This document shows positions 29,620 through 39,861 of a DNA stretch of 64,000 bases, piece by piece; within the stretch, counting starts at the first letter, position 1, and each line of letters starts with the position of its first letter. A program made the translations under genes and the position numbers. Where the stretch lies: contig OZ254086.1 in NCBI GenBank assembly GCA_965267575.1, positions 4,288,001-4,352,000 on the forward strand. The letters run 5' to 3'. The notes beneath the pieces were generated by a model. The model was given only the letters and a program-made list of their open reading frames with translations. It was not told the origin of the DNA and searched no databases. This DNA comes from Calditrichales bacterium. GTDB lineage: Bacteria; Calditrichota; Calditrichia; Calditrichales; J004.

Positions 29620-32580
29620 CTATAATTTATAGCTAAGTGAAAGTGAGTAAGAAACGCCTCGTTTGTAACTTGAGTAAATGAATTCTTTATCTACCACATC
29701 ATTCTTCAGCGGGTAGTAGTATTCAATCGCCGGATTCAACAGGTTCCTGGCGGCAAGCGATACTGAAAACTTATCGCCGATTCCCTGTGTTGCTTTGAAG
29801 TCGAGCTGGCCAAACCCGGCCTCGTATACATCCGGCGTTCCATTAGTACCTGTCAGGTAGAGGCGATCGCCAAACAGGTTGTAGAAAAATCCGGCATTCG
29901 TATTAGTCTGGTAATTCTCGTAGGTTAGATTTAGGTTAAAAATGAAAGGTGACTGCCCCGGGAAAGGACGTGTCTTATCCGGGTTACTTTCACCGGCGTC
30001 GATCTTGGCCTGGTAATCCTGCTCCGGCACATCCACTTCAGCGTTAACCACGGACAGGTTGGTACCCACCTTGAAGTCGCTCAGTTTATCATGAATAACA
30101 TCCAATCCCTTACGCAACTCGAACTCGATACCGTATACGCGGCCCCGGTCTACGTTTTTAACACTACGCTTGGTACCGTCGCCACTGCCAAAATTGGGAT
30201 CGATAAACTGCTCAATCGGATTCTGAAAATCTTTGTAAAAACCGCTTACAGCGATGATTTCACCCGGCTCCATAAACCATTCCCAGCGCAGGTCATAGTT
30301 TGTAATTAACGTGCGCTCCAGGTTGGCATTACCTTCAAACAGGTAGTCGCCAACAAATTCAAAGCTTATATAAGGCGCCAGTTCACGGAACGTCGGCCGG
30401 GCAATCGTTTTAGAATAGGCCGTACGAAGATTAACATTTTCAGTCAGGGCGTAAACCAGGTTCACGGAAGGCAGCACATCGGTATTATCGAGGTTGCCTG
30501 TAGGGTCTTCCGGATCTGCAGTCTTGCTTTTTATTGTTGCTGCTTCAACGCGGGCGCCGCCGATAAAGCGCAGACGCTGCGAAAGCGGCATATCCAGCAT
30601 CGCGTAGTAAGCGAACGTTTCCATGTCACCGCTAAACATGTTGGTGGAATCGATCAGTTCGTTCACGTACATGCCGTACCAGCGGTTGGGCCTGTCCGGG
30701 CGCGAAGATGAATCCACGATACCGACATGACTGAACAGTGAGTCAACATTCAAACCCGTCGGCGAAGCGTGGAAATCGTTCATGCGCACGCCGTTTTCCG
30801 CGTAGTCAAAGCGACGCTGATCATAGGTTCTCTCAACATTGCTGGCGGCAACACCGAGCTTCAGTTTACTGTTAAGACCGCTCCACTGTTTAAAGGGAAC
30901 GGAAAGATTAAGCTGTGTGGACAGATTGTCTTCTTCCAGATCGCGATAGTAGCGAGAGATAGGCTGACTGTTGGCGCCATCAAACTGGAAGAAATAAGAC
31001 GAGTCCGGCTGTGGGATGTACACATTAAAGAAGTAGCGCTGATCCGGCTCATACTGCTGGTTGTTGGAGTAGCTGACTTTCCAGTCCAGCTTAGAATCCA
31101 GCAGCGGCGCAATGGCATGCTCGCCATCAAGCTGGTAATTATCCAGGCTGCGCTCCACCCAGGAGATAACGCGTGTTTCAAAAGATGTCAGCGATCCCGG
31201 CGTTGAACGATCGCGCTCTCGGTAGCCTTCAAGGTAACGCCCTTGTGATTCGGCGCTTTGCGTATGCATGTATGAAAATTTTACCTGCCCGATCGTGCTG
31301 TTGCGGAATGCAAAGTTGGCGATGGAACCCCAGTTGACTTCGCGGCTGCCTTTGATGTCATTACCTTTAAACTCGGCTTCCAGACCTTCCGCTTCATCAA
31401 ACTGAGCGTTCAGCTTGTAGCGGCCGGTCTCACCGTTATCCACAAAAGAGTAGTTCTGTCCCCAGGTCATGCTGCCGAAATAGCCAAAGCTGTTGGACTG
31501 CGTTTCGTCAAGGAAAACGGTGTTTCCCAGCGAAATCCCGAAGGAGCTGTTCATCGGGGCGTCGGCGCTTACAGGAATCATATTGTTACTGAATGCGCGC
31601 GATTGCCGGTCCAGCGTGGAAGCAAGCTCCAGCGCTTTGGCCTCTTCACCGTCGCGGTAGATCCTGTTGATTGAATTGGGGGTTTCTTCTGTATTGCCGC
31701 TCTGTTCAAAAATCGTCGGCATTTCACGTGTGCCATCGTCAAACCCCATCCAGTCAGTACTGCCGCCGGGGCCTAGGATGAAATCATTATTAAAGGTGGC
31801 CACGCTGTTATAGCCCACCGAACTGTTCACCTGAAAGGTCAGCTTTTCCGGATACGATTTTAGCGAAACGTCCACCAGGCCGCCGGTAAAGGTTCCGGGC
31901 TTGTCAGGGGTAAATGTTTTAATCGTGTTGATATTGTCCAGCATATTGGAAGGGATCAGGTCAAGCTGGAACGATTTTTTATCGGGGTCGGCGCTGGGCA
32001 GTTCGGCACCGTTCAGCGTGGTGGCGGAATAGCGCTCACCCAGTCCGCGGATGTAAACATATTTTCCGCCCACAACCGAAGCTCCGGTTACCTTTTTCAT
32101 TGCCGCCGCGGCATCACCGCTGCCGGATTTTGAAATCTCTTCAGCACTGATGGCGTCGCTTACCGAAGCGGCTTTTTGCCGCAAACCAAGCAAAGCGCCT
32201 TCCGTATTCTGAAGCGCTTTGGCCTGCACGGTCACGGTTTCCGTCTGTAATACTTCGGACTGAACGGTGACGTCAAGCTTCGTGGTTTCGCCGGCCTTAA
32301 CTTCCACATTCTGGATGCGCATCTCGGCATAACCGATCATGGCGACAACCAGTTCGTAGCTGCCAACCGGCACATTCAGAATAACATAGTTGCCGTCCAT
32401 ATCGGTAGCCGCGCCGAATGTTGTACCTTCCAGGTAAACGTTGGCGCCGATCATCGATTCGCCGCTCTGGCCGTCAATGACGTTACCGGCAATACGTCCG
32501 GTTTCCTGTGCAAATAAAAAGCTGCCCAATAGCAGCAGGCTTAATAAAGTGGTCCTTACTCCACTTAGCATTGTATTCAT
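29620..32580 (-). CDS. TonB-dependent receptor with N-terminal carboxypeptidase-regulatory-like domain
   Basis: GRIAGNVID...GAATDMDGNY; plug YVYIRGLGERYS, KTFTPD; barrel ending YKL; RBS GAGGGAG before ATG 32580. Confidence 0.92.
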   Translation of the reverse strand: MNTMLSGVRTTLLSLLLLGSFLFAQETGRIAGNVIDGQSGESMIGANVYLEGTTFGAATDMDGNYVILNVPVGSYELVVAMIGYAEMRIQNVEVKAGETTKLDVTVQSEVLQTETVTVQAKALQNTEGALLGLRQKAASVSDAISAEEISKSGSGDAAAAMKKVTGASVVGGKYVYIRGLGERYSATTLNGAELPSADPDKKSFQLDLIPSNMLDNINTIKTFTPDKPGTFTGGLVDVSLKSYPEKLTFQVNSSVGYNSVATFNNDFILGPGGSTDWMGFDDGTREMPTIFEQSGNTEETPNSINRIYRDGEEAKALELASTLDRQSRAFSNNMIPVSADAPMNSSFGISLGNTVFLDETQSNSFGYFGSMTWGQNYSFVDNGETGRYKLNAQFDEAEGLEAEFKGNDIKGSREVNWGSIANFAFRNSTIGQVKFSYMHTQSAESQGRYLEGYRERDRSTPGSLTSFETRVISWVERSLDNYQLDGEHAIAPLLDSKLDWKVSYSNNQQYEPDQRYFFNVYIPQPDSSYFFQFDGANSQPISRYYRDLEEDNLSTQLNLSVPFKQWSGLNSKLKLGVAASNVERTYDQRRFDYAENGVRMNDFHASPTGLNVDSLFSHVGIVDSSSRPDRPNRWYGMYVNELIDSTNMFSGDMETFAYYAMLDMPLSQRLRFIGGARVEAATIKSKTADPEDPTGNLDNTDVLPSVNLVYALTENVNLRTAYSKTIARPTFRELAPYISFEFVGDYLFEGNANLERTLITNYDLRWEWFMEPGEIIAVSGFYKDFQNPIEQFIDPNFGSGDGTKRSVKNVDRGRVYGIEFELRKGLDVIHDKLSDFKVGTNLSVVNAEVDVPEQDYQAKIDAGESNPDKTRPFPGQSPFIFNLNLTYENYQTNTNAGFFYNLFGDRLYLTGTNGTPDVYEAGFGQLDFKATQGIGDKFSVSLAARNLLNPAIEYYYPLKNDVVDKEFIYSSYKRGVSYSLSLSYKL

Positions 32581-32645
32581 TTGATTCTCCCTCAAAAGAA
32601 TTTGATTCATATTCTGGTTTAGGCTCGTTGTCTTCCTTAGCTGAT

Positions 32646-32711
32646 AATGTAAGGCGGGGTTTGTTAGGCGAATGTTAAGTGATAATTAATTTTCTCTTAG
32701 AGGCGTGTTAC
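32646..32711 (-). promoter_or_regulatory. Pho-box-like array: five hexamers at 11-bp period plus -10 element
   Basis: Minus-strand GTAACA(32706), CTAAGA(32695), TTAATT(32684), TTAACA(32673), CTAACA(32662), then 10 bp to TACATT (32646-32651). Confidence 0.7.
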
Positions 32712-32892
32712 GCCGCGCTAACCGAAAGGCGGCAATCGCAGGCATGGCGGGCGCTAAGGCGGGATTATATCTTTCTGATAACAACACGCAGCAGAAATCG
32801 CTCTGCTGCCCAAAAAAGGCTTCGCATAAACAATGTAAACCACGAAGACCAATCCATGTTTTTTACCGGAAACAATGGATTTTGTACCTGCT

Positions 32893-34041
32893 TCATGATC
32901 TGCCCTCCCGCACCAGCGGCATCAGTTGAGAGTCTCGCAAAAGCTTAAAGCGGTTACCACGCCAATCGACGGTTGTATCGAAAAGCGGCACAAACCAGAG
33001 CAAACCGATTAATAGATCTTTGGGAACTGTCCAGAGCATATGGTACCAACGCAGGTCGCTGTCGATTAAACGCGCGGCCATTCCGTCAATTAACATTTTG
33101 GCCACAGCCGTTGCGGCAAAGAATAGCACTCCGGCCGTGCTGAAAGAAACGACGGCCGCCAGAAAAGCGGCGGATACCGGATTGGAGCAGGACTCAACTA
33201 CATAATGCAGCGGATTGATCGTTCGGCGCATTTTGGCCCAGCGGCTATGGCGATTCATGAAGCGGTCAAAGGCCCACTTTTCGTTGATCGTATCCAGGAT
33301 AAGCGGGGTCGCTTCCACCTTAAGGCCCAATCCACGTATTTTCCGCGCCAGCATATAATCTTCCGCCAGATAGCTGCGCAAAGCGAAAAAACCACCCAGG
33401 CGATCCAACGTTTCTTTTTTCAGAACCATACACTTGCCGATGGCCAGCGTGATGCCAAACAGCTTATTTACCGCAAACACATTGGGCATCAAGAAGGCAT
33501 TCAGGTGCAGATTCTCAAATACCGAGGCAATGTTTTTTGCCCCGCTGCCGCGGATCGTCGCCGTCACCAGCCCCATGCCCGGCTGCATCATGTGGTCCAT
33601 CAGCCGCTGCAACATGTCCGGACGTACGCTGGTATTGCTGTCACTTATCATAATGTAATCGTGACGCGCAAATGCATACATGTTTTGCAGATTGTTCACC
33701 TTAGGATTGTAAAGGCTTTCGTTTTTCCCGAAAACTAGGCGCGTTGGAACCGCGGGAAATTCTTCACACAAATTCCTGACTACCGCGACAGCCGGATCGG
33801 ACGCGTCACTCACCCCAAACAGTAATTCATATTTCGGATAGCTTAACTCAAAAAAGGAACGCAAGTTTTCTTCCAGCCGGTCATCCAGGCCTTTCAAGGG
33901 TTTCAGAATGGATACACCGGGGTATTGTTCAGCCTGCGGTAAAGCCTTTTGAGCAAGCCGCTGCCGGGCAATCACCAACGAAACCAGGCTGTAAAGCAAA
34001 CCGCCAACAGCCACCAGCGCGAAAAGATAAAAGAGATTCAT
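32893..34041 (-). CDS. Ceramide glucosyltransferase-like (GT21/HpnI family) membrane glycosyltransferase
   Basis: VSILKPLKG, NPKVNNL, ISDSN, YLAEDY, RHSRW; N- and C-terminal TMs. Confidence 0.88.
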   Translation of the reverse strand: MNLFYLFALVAVGGLLYSLVSLVIARQRLAQKALPQAEQYPGVSILKPLKGLDDRLEENLRSFFELSYPKYELLFGVSDASDPAVAVVRNLCEEFPAVPTRLVFGKNESLYNPKVNNLQNMYAFARHDYIMISDSNTSVRPDMLQRLMDHMMQPGMGLVTATIRGSGAKNIASVFENLHLNAFLMPNVFAVNKLFGITLAIGKCMVLKKETLDRLGGFFALRSYLAEDYMLARKIRGLGLKVEATPLILDTINEKWAFDRFMNRHSRWAKMRRTINPLHYVVESCSNPVSAAFLAAVVSFSTAGVLFFAATAVAKMLIDGMAARLIDSDLRWYHMLWTVPKDLLIGLLWFVPLFDTTVDWRGNRFKLLRDSQLMPLVREGRS

Positions 34042-34145
34042 TTTTCTCCATTATAGATTTTTACGCTGGAATATTAGCTGTGGATTGTTAGGAATTGATT
34101 GGGCGACTGTTGTTTATTTATTGGGAAAAGGTATTGCCGCCTGCT

Positions 34146-34973
34146 TCAGCGGGTGGGCCACAGCGGGATATAACCCACCTGGCGCACAATGGCCTGCCCG
34201 GCGGGACTTATTATCCAGTTGATAAAATCACGGATATGGGCGGGTGGCGTATCAACGGTATAAAGATAAAGGTAGCGTGAAAGCGGGTAGCTGTCGTTAA
34301 GTACGTTTTCTTCGGTTGCCTCAATGCCGTTCAACGCCGGATGAATAAGCGAATCACCAAAGGCGATGCCGCCATAACCGATGGCACCGGGATGCCCTTC
34401 CACATATCTGATCACATCCAGGCTACTGGCCACGCGGACGGCGTTGGGGCCATATTCGGCGCCTTCCAGCACATAAGAACGGAAGTAGTTGTTGGAACCG
34501 GATCCGGGCGGGCGCACAACAGGGATAACAGGACGCGCTTCACCATTCAGGCTTTTCCAGTTGGTAATCTGCCCGCTAAAAATATCCACAAGCTGGCGCA
34601 TGGTGAGATTGCGAAGCGGGTTGGTAGGATGCAGATACACGCTTAGCGCGTCTTTAGCCACCAGGTAAGAGATCCCGATGCTGCGGTAACGCGCTGCCAT
34701 CTGGCTGGCTTCCTGCGGCCGGATCAGGCGGGAGGTCATGGCAATATCGGCTTCGCCTTCAATAAGCGCGCGCAGCCCTTCCCCGCTGTTGGAATCCTCA
34801 ATATAAACGGCCACATCGGGCCGCAGCGTCATATAGCCTTCCGCCCAGTATTGCGCCACATAAGAAACCGTTGTACTGCCGCTCAGTCTAATCTGTTTTG
34901 TCTGAACAGCCGGTTTTTGGCTGCAACCGTTCGCCAGGATCAGGACAATCAGAAATAACAGGATTGTTTTCAT
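34146..34973 (-). CDS. pstS: PstS-family phosphate-binding lipoprotein
   Basis: Lipobox ANGC; SGSTTV, SGEG, IAMTSR, VAKDAL, RPPGSGS, AIGY, YPLSRYLYLY; ATGA overlap with the upstream M28 gene. Confidence 0.82.
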   Translation of the reverse strand: MKTILLFLIVLILANGCSQKPAVQTKQIRLSGSTTVSYVAQYWAEGYMTLRPDVAVYIEDSNSGEGLRALIEGEADIAMTSRLIRPQEASQMAARYRSIGISYLVAKDALSVYLHPTNPLRNLTMRQLVDIFSGQITNWKSLNGEARPVIPVVRPPGSGSNNYFRSYVLEGAEYGPNAVRVASSLDVIRYVEGHPGAIGYGGIAFGDSLIHPALNGIEATEENVLNDSYPLSRYLYLYTVDTPPAHIRDFINWIISPAGQAIVRQVGYIPLWPTR

Positions 34974-36598
34974 CTTCTTTCCGCCCGGTTTCGCAGCCAG
35001 GTATTTTTGTAAGGGATGCCAGGCTGCCATTGCGGCTCATCTTGCATGTTGGCCAGGCGGTTGGCCAGGGCGAACAGAAAATCAGCATAACGCTCGGAAG
35101 AGGCCCAGTTGATCGGCTGGCCAAGATCATCGGACGGCGAGTGATAGATATTTTCAAACCAGTCCAGCAGCCGGCTTTGCGCCTCCTCAGGGCTCAGATT
35201 ATCGTAGCGAAAGCCTTCAAGGATCGCCACCGAGGGCACACCGGCCAGTGCCAGCGCCACCTGGTCGGAGCGGTAAAAAGATTCCTTTTTCAGCAGCGGT
35301 TCGGGGATCTCCGAAACAGCCAGTCCGTTTTCCGCGGCCACCTCCAGCACAGTCCCGCCCAAAGAAGAGAGCTCGCCGCCCACCGCGATGACATCTTTAA
35401 ACATGCCCAGGGCCGCCAGCCCGTCTATATTTATATTGGCGATCGTTTTGTGCAAAGGACGCACGTTGTTTTCGGTATAAAAGCGCGATCCCAGCAGGCC
35501 TTTTTCCTCGCCGGTCCAGAAAGCAAAAATGATTGATCTCCGTGGTTTGTAGCCGCTCTGAGCAAAAGCACGGGCCATCTCCAAAAGCACCGCGCAGCCA
35601 ATGGCGTTGTCCATCACACCATTATAGATTGAATCGCCTTCCACGGCCTTGCCGATTCCCAGGTGGTCATAATGGGCGGAAAGCAGCAGATAGCTGTCGC
35701 GCAACGCCGGATCGCTACCGGGCAACAGGGCCAGGATATTTTGAGAGGTAAAATCGCGCCGCTTAAACTTGCCGCGGAAAGTAAGATGGGCCTCGAGTTC
35801 GAAGGTTTGCAGCGCGTGGTTTCGTTCCTGCCGGACAAGTTCTTCAAGGCTGAAGGGAGTGTCTTTAAAAAGCCAGCGGCTGGCTTCCTCGCTGAGAAAT
35901 AATGCCAGATGGCTGGTCACACGGCCGGGAAGCGTTATCTCCTCGCTCATGTAATCGCGCTGCAGTTTTGGCCACTCTTCCGTAAAATCCGGGTTGGGAA
36001 TAATGATACTGCCAACGGCACCCTGCGCCAGCGCCGTTCTGATCTTCGATTCGGCGCCGCTGTAGACGGTTCTGCCGGCACCTTCAAAATAACTGTCGTC
36101 ACTTTCACTGTGTGGCTCACCATCGAAAAAGGCCACCATCTTGCCGCTTACATCCAGGTTCAGGTAATCGTCGTAATCGTACTCCGGGGCGATTATGCCG
36201 TAGCCGACGAACACGATCTGCGTGGGCTCGGGAATCAAGGTTTGGGCGCCGGTTTTAATAAGCAGGTATTCGTCATTAAGCTTAAGGCCGTGCCGGGTTT
36301 CGCCCTTTTTTATAATCAGTTCCGATTGCTGCAAGGGCGTAGTTCCATGCAACGGGACAGGCTGGAAAAACGTATTGTTAATGCCCAAAGGCTTAAGGCC
36401 CCATTCCTTCAGGTGTCCGGTTATGTAGCCGGCAGCCTTCTTAAGACCTTCCGATCCGGTGCCCCTGCCCTCCATGCTGTCACTGCCAAGGGTACGCACA
36501 TGCTTTTCCAGGGACGACGCCGAAATGAGCACCACGCCATCCTGTGCCGGAAGAACGGCAAGCGGCAAAAAAGCGATCAATATAAAAAGTCTATTCAT
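34970..36598 (-). CDS. M28-family metallopeptidase with PA domain
   Basis: DSMEGRGTG, FVGYG, SAHYDHLG, NGVMDNAIG, GEEKGLLGS, NINID, RSDQ, YHSPSD. Confidence 0.92.
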   Translation of the reverse strand: MNRLFILIAFLPLAVLPAQDGVVLISASSLEKHVRTLGSDSMEGRGTGSEGLKKAAGYITGHLKEWGLKPLGINNTFFQPVPLHGTTPLQQSELIIKKGETRHGLKLNDEYLLIKTGAQTLIPEPTQIVFVGYGIIAPEYDYDDYLNLDVSGKMVAFFDGEPHSESDDSYFEGAGRTVYSGAESKIRTALAQGAVGSIIIPNPDFTEEWPKLQRDYMSEEITLPGRVTSHLALFLSEEASRWLFKDTPFSLEELVRQERNHALQTFELEAHLTFRGKFKRRDFTSQNILALLPGSDPALRDSYLLLSAHYDHLGIGKAVEGDSIYNGVMDNAIGCAVLLEMARAFAQSGYKPRRSIIFAFWTGEEKGLLGSRFYTENNVRPLHKTIANINIDGLAALGMFKDVIAVGGELSSLGGTVLEVAAENGLAVSEIPEPLLKKESFYRSDQVALALAGVPSVAILEGFRYDNLSPEEAQSRLLDWFENIYHSPSDDLGQPINWASSERYADFLFALANRLANMQDEPQWQPGIPYKNTWLRNRAERR

Positions 36599-37496
36599 AG
36601 CTGATAATCTGGTTACGCGAAAGAAATTGTCCATCAAAGAAAAGCGCGACAGGCTGTCCCTCCAGCACTCCGGCGTCATCGCCACCGCGGGCAGCATGGA
36701 TATGTAGATGAGGCTGGCTTGCCCGGCCGCTTTGCCCCACTAAACCCACGACCGTATTGGTTGTAACGCTGTCACCGGCAGCTACTTTTATGCTGCCTAT
36801 TTTAAAATGGGCCATAATGATTCTGATGTCGCTTTTCCTTGCCGGACGAATAATAATATGATTGCCCGCCATATCATTTGCTTCCAGCGCTGTAACACCA
36901 TCCGGTATTCCATCGCGGGCCTTCAGTACCACGCCGTCACATGGACTGTACACCGTATCTGCAAATATAACAAATTCCGTCAATTTTTCCGGCACTAAAG
37001 CGTTGGCGCGGTTTCCAAAGCTATTTAAGCTGACGATATCCAGGGCCAGGTCGTTGGCTGCGCTGAAATCCGCACGATGGCCGTTGAGCCATACACTGTT
37101 GCCGCCTCCGCCGATGTAATAGGAACCATGGCGCAGGGGAAACGTCACATCCACACCCGGCGCAGACGGTGGCATTGTGCCGCGGACCGCACTCAAAACG
37201 AGCCATAACCCGGCAACGATCAAAATACCATTGGTTGCCGCGGACATTTTGTTTAGGGGCGCTGAAGAACGACGGCTTCGCCGGTAACCCGCAATTGCGG
37301 CCACAAGCAGCGCGACAATCCAAACATAGCGCAGCCAGACGCTGGTTATATCCCAACGTGCCGTCAGAAGCAGAAACCACATAACAAGCGAAAAAAGCAG
37401 CGTTTGCAATAACCACTCTGTCCGGTTGCGGCTGCGCGCCACGGCAAAAACGGCAAACAGCGGCAGACCGATTTGCAGGAAAAGTTGCAGCAGCAT
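36591..37496 (-). CDS. Membrane-anchored M23-family metallopeptidase
   Basis: N-terminal TMs; H...ALDI, SPCDG, GNHI, MAH, GQSG...PHLHIH. Confidence 0.82.
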   Translation of the reverse strand: MLLQLFLQIGLPLFAVFAVARSRNRTEWLLQTLLFSLVMWFLLLTARWDITSVWLRYVWIVALLVAAIAGYRRSRRSSAPLNKMSAATNGILIVAGLWLVLSAVRGTMPPSAPGVDVTFPLRHGSYYIGGGGNSVWLNGHRADFSAANDLALDIVSLNSFGNRANALVPEKLTEFVIFADTVYSPCDGVVLKARDGIPDGVTALEANDMAGNHIIIRPARKSDIRIIMAHFKIGSIKVAAGDSVTTNTVVGLVGQSGRASQPHLHIHAARGGDDAGVLEGQPVALFFDGQFLSRNQIISYE

Positions 37497-38747
37497 CTAC
37501 CAGCGGCGCGGCGCGTCTTTTATCACCCGCACGGTGTCACGGGCAATCAGCAGCTCTTCGTTTGTCGGGAAGACGTACGCTTTCAGCTTGCTGTCTTCCG
37601 TGGAGATCATTCCGCTCTTGCGATCTTTGATAGCGCGGTTTTTCTTTTTGTCCAGAACCAACCCGATGCCATCCAGGCCGCGGCAGATATTTTCACGCAC
37701 TGACGGCGCGTTTTCCCCGATACCGCCGGTAAAAACAACGGCCTCGGCCTTCCCTCCCATTTCCGCGAAATAGGCGCCGATATATTTACGCACGCGCAGG
37801 CTGAAAATATCAATGGCCAGCTTGGCGCGACGGTCCTGATGTTCGGCTTCCTCTTCCACCAGCTCGCGCATATCGTTGGTCAAACCCGAGATGCCCAGCA
37901 AACCGGAGCGCTTGTTAAGCAGATGGTCCATCTCGGCAAAAGTAAGACCTTCCTTGTGATAGAGAAATTCCAGAATTGAGGGATCAATATCTCCGGAACG
38001 CGTGCCCATTACCAGGCCTTCCAGCGGCGTAAAGCCCATCGATGTATCTATCGATGCGCCGTTCAGAATGGCACAGGCCGAACAGCCATTACCGAGGTGA
38101 ATGGAAATGATATTTACCTGCTCACGCTCCAGTTTGAATTCCTGGCGGTAGCGGAACGCGATATAGCGGTGCGAGGTGCCATGAAATCCATAACGGCGGA
38201 TTTTATAGCGGCGGTAAATCTGGTACGGTAATCCGTAGAGATACGCCGCCTCCGGCATTGTCGAATGAAAAGCCGTGTCAAAAACAGCCACCTGCGGCAT
38301 GGTTTCACCCAAAAGTTCTGTAACCGCCCTGATTCCTTTTATATTGGCCGGATTGTGCAACGGCGCGAGCTCAATGCAATCCTCAATGCCACTGATAATT
38401 TCGGGACTTATTTTCGCGGAACGATTGAATTTTTCCCCGCCGTGTACAACGCGGTGGCCCACGGCATGTATGTCGCTGAGCGAAGTGATTTTATCGATCT
38501 TAGAGTCCGGGCTTATCACCCAGCGCAGAATCATGTCAATGGCGCCGCGATGGTCACGCAGCGGCGCATCCATACGCACCTTGGGCTGGCCCGAAGCCTC
38601 AAATGTAATCAGAGAATGGCTGCCGATACGCTCCAGCACACCCCGCGCCAACAGGCGATCGGCGTTTTTTTCTATCATGTCAAGGTCGGTTTCTATGATC
38701 TGGAATTTCACAGAAGAGGAGCCGCAATTGAGAACCAAAACATTCAT
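37497..38747 (-). CDS. ackA: Acetate kinase
   Basis: VLNCGSSSVK, GHRVVHGG, LAPLHNP, FDTAFH, YGFHGTSH, HLGNG, FTGGIGEN, TNEE. Confidence 0.97.
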   Translation of the reverse strand: MNVLVLNCGSSSVKFQIIETDLDMIEKNADRLLARGVLERIGSHSLITFEASGQPKVRMDAPLRDHRGAIDMILRWVISPDSKIDKITSLSDIHAVGHRVVHGGEKFNRSAKISPEIISGIEDCIELAPLHNPANIKGIRAVTELLGETMPQVAVFDTAFHSTMPEAAYLYGLPYQIYRRYKIRRYGFHGTSHRYIAFRYRQEFKLEREQVNIISIHLGNGCSACAILNGASIDTSMGFTPLEGLVMGTRSGDIDPSILEFLYHKEGLTFAEMDHLLNKRSGLLGISGLTNDMRELVEEEAEHQDRRAKLAIDIFSLRVRKYIGAYFAEMGGKAEAVVFTGGIGENAPSVRENICRGLDGIGLVLDKKKNRAIKDRKSGMISTEDSKLKAYVFPTNEELLIARDTVRVIKDAPRRW

Positions 38748-38886
38748 TTTAAAGCATCCTTTGTTTTATGATTTTCGGTATTACCGTGATCGGTAAATTT
38801 ACGAAATTGTTCACAAAGGGAGAAAGAAAATCGCAAATTAAAAAGGGAATTCGAGATCGAAATACTGGTGGCGGAAGGCCTGAATG

Positions 38887-38915
38887 AAAAAAGGCAGGAA
38901 CAGCGCCCTGCCCTT
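38887..38915 (-). terminator. Intrinsic terminator after thioredoxin gene
   Basis: GGCAGG...CCTGCC stem with a T-run on the minus strand. Confidence 0.55.
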
Positions 38916-38985
38916 CAGAAATATTTACAAACGGGAACAGGCACCCAAATATTTAGCCCTAAAACACTCTAACAGATTGATACGA

Positions 38986-39801
38986 TCAAACGTAAAGCGA
39001 ACGGCTAAACCGGGTCCTGTATTCGCGCGTGAGCTGCTTGTCTTCCCCGAGGTATTTAAACAGGGCAACACAGGCTTTGCGCGCGCCGTCATCATCATAG
39101 TAGCGGTTTTTGCGGATTACATCGATAAAGCTTTGCAGCGCTTTTTCAAATTCGCCTTCCTTAACGGCCTGTAATCCCTTAATGTAGACCTCTTTACCGG
39201 CTTCATCGGGAAGACTCTCCGGCTCGTTTACTTTTTGCAACAGGTCGCTTAAATCTTTCAGCGACTGTCCTTTCTCCATCAACTCCGGTGGGAAATCAAA
39301 GCGATACAGCAGTTTCGCCGTGGCTTCGGGATCTCTAAACAAAAGCATGTCGGCCAGCATCAAACGGGCCCGGGCATTGCCCGGCTCTTTTTCGATTACA
39401 CCGCGCAATATATTCTCTGCTTCCGGTTCGTTGCCGGCAGCCAGAAACTGCTCGGCCCGGGTTAAGTCTTCGTTGTTGGGTGAAGGCAGCGTTTTATCGA
39501 GCCATTGCTCTATCGCATGCTCCGGCAGAGCGCCGGTAAATTCATCCACGACCTGCCCGTTTACAAAAAGCTTCACGTTGGGAATACCCTGAACGCGATA
39601 CTGCATGGCCACCTGCGGATGCTGTTCAGTGTTTATTTTCACCAGGCGGAAGCGTTCTTTGTTCTTTTCGGCCACCCTTTCAAGGACGGGTCCCAGTACT
39701 TTGCAGGGGCCGCACCATTCCGCCCAGAAATCCACCAGCACGGGCATATTTTTGCTTTGCTCGATGACATCTTTCTCAAAATTCATGCTGTCATAAACCA
39801 C
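38986..39801 (-). CDS. cnoX: Thioredoxin-TPR chaperedoxin (CnoX/YbbN family)
   Basis: VDFWAEWCGPC thioredoxin with intact CxxC; C-terminal DDGARK...YRTRFSRSLY TPR. Confidence 0.88.
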   Translation of the reverse strand: MVYDSMNFEKDVIEQSKNMPVLVDFWAEWCGPCKVLGPVLERVAEKNKERFRLVKINTEQHPQVAMQYRVQGIPNVKLFVNGQVVDEFTGALPEHAIEQWLDKTLPSPNNEDLTRAEQFLAAGNEPEAENILRGVIEKEPGNARARLMLADMLLFRDPEATAKLLYRFDFPPELMEKGQSLKDLSDLLQKVNEPESLPDEAGKEVYIKGLQAVKEGEFEKALQSFIDVIRKNRYYDDDGARKACVALFKYLGEDKQLTREYRTRFSRSLYV

Positions 39802-39861
39802 GTTATACTCCTTTCAATATCTCATTCCAGTCAAATAATAGATACACTGGCCGCTATTTCG

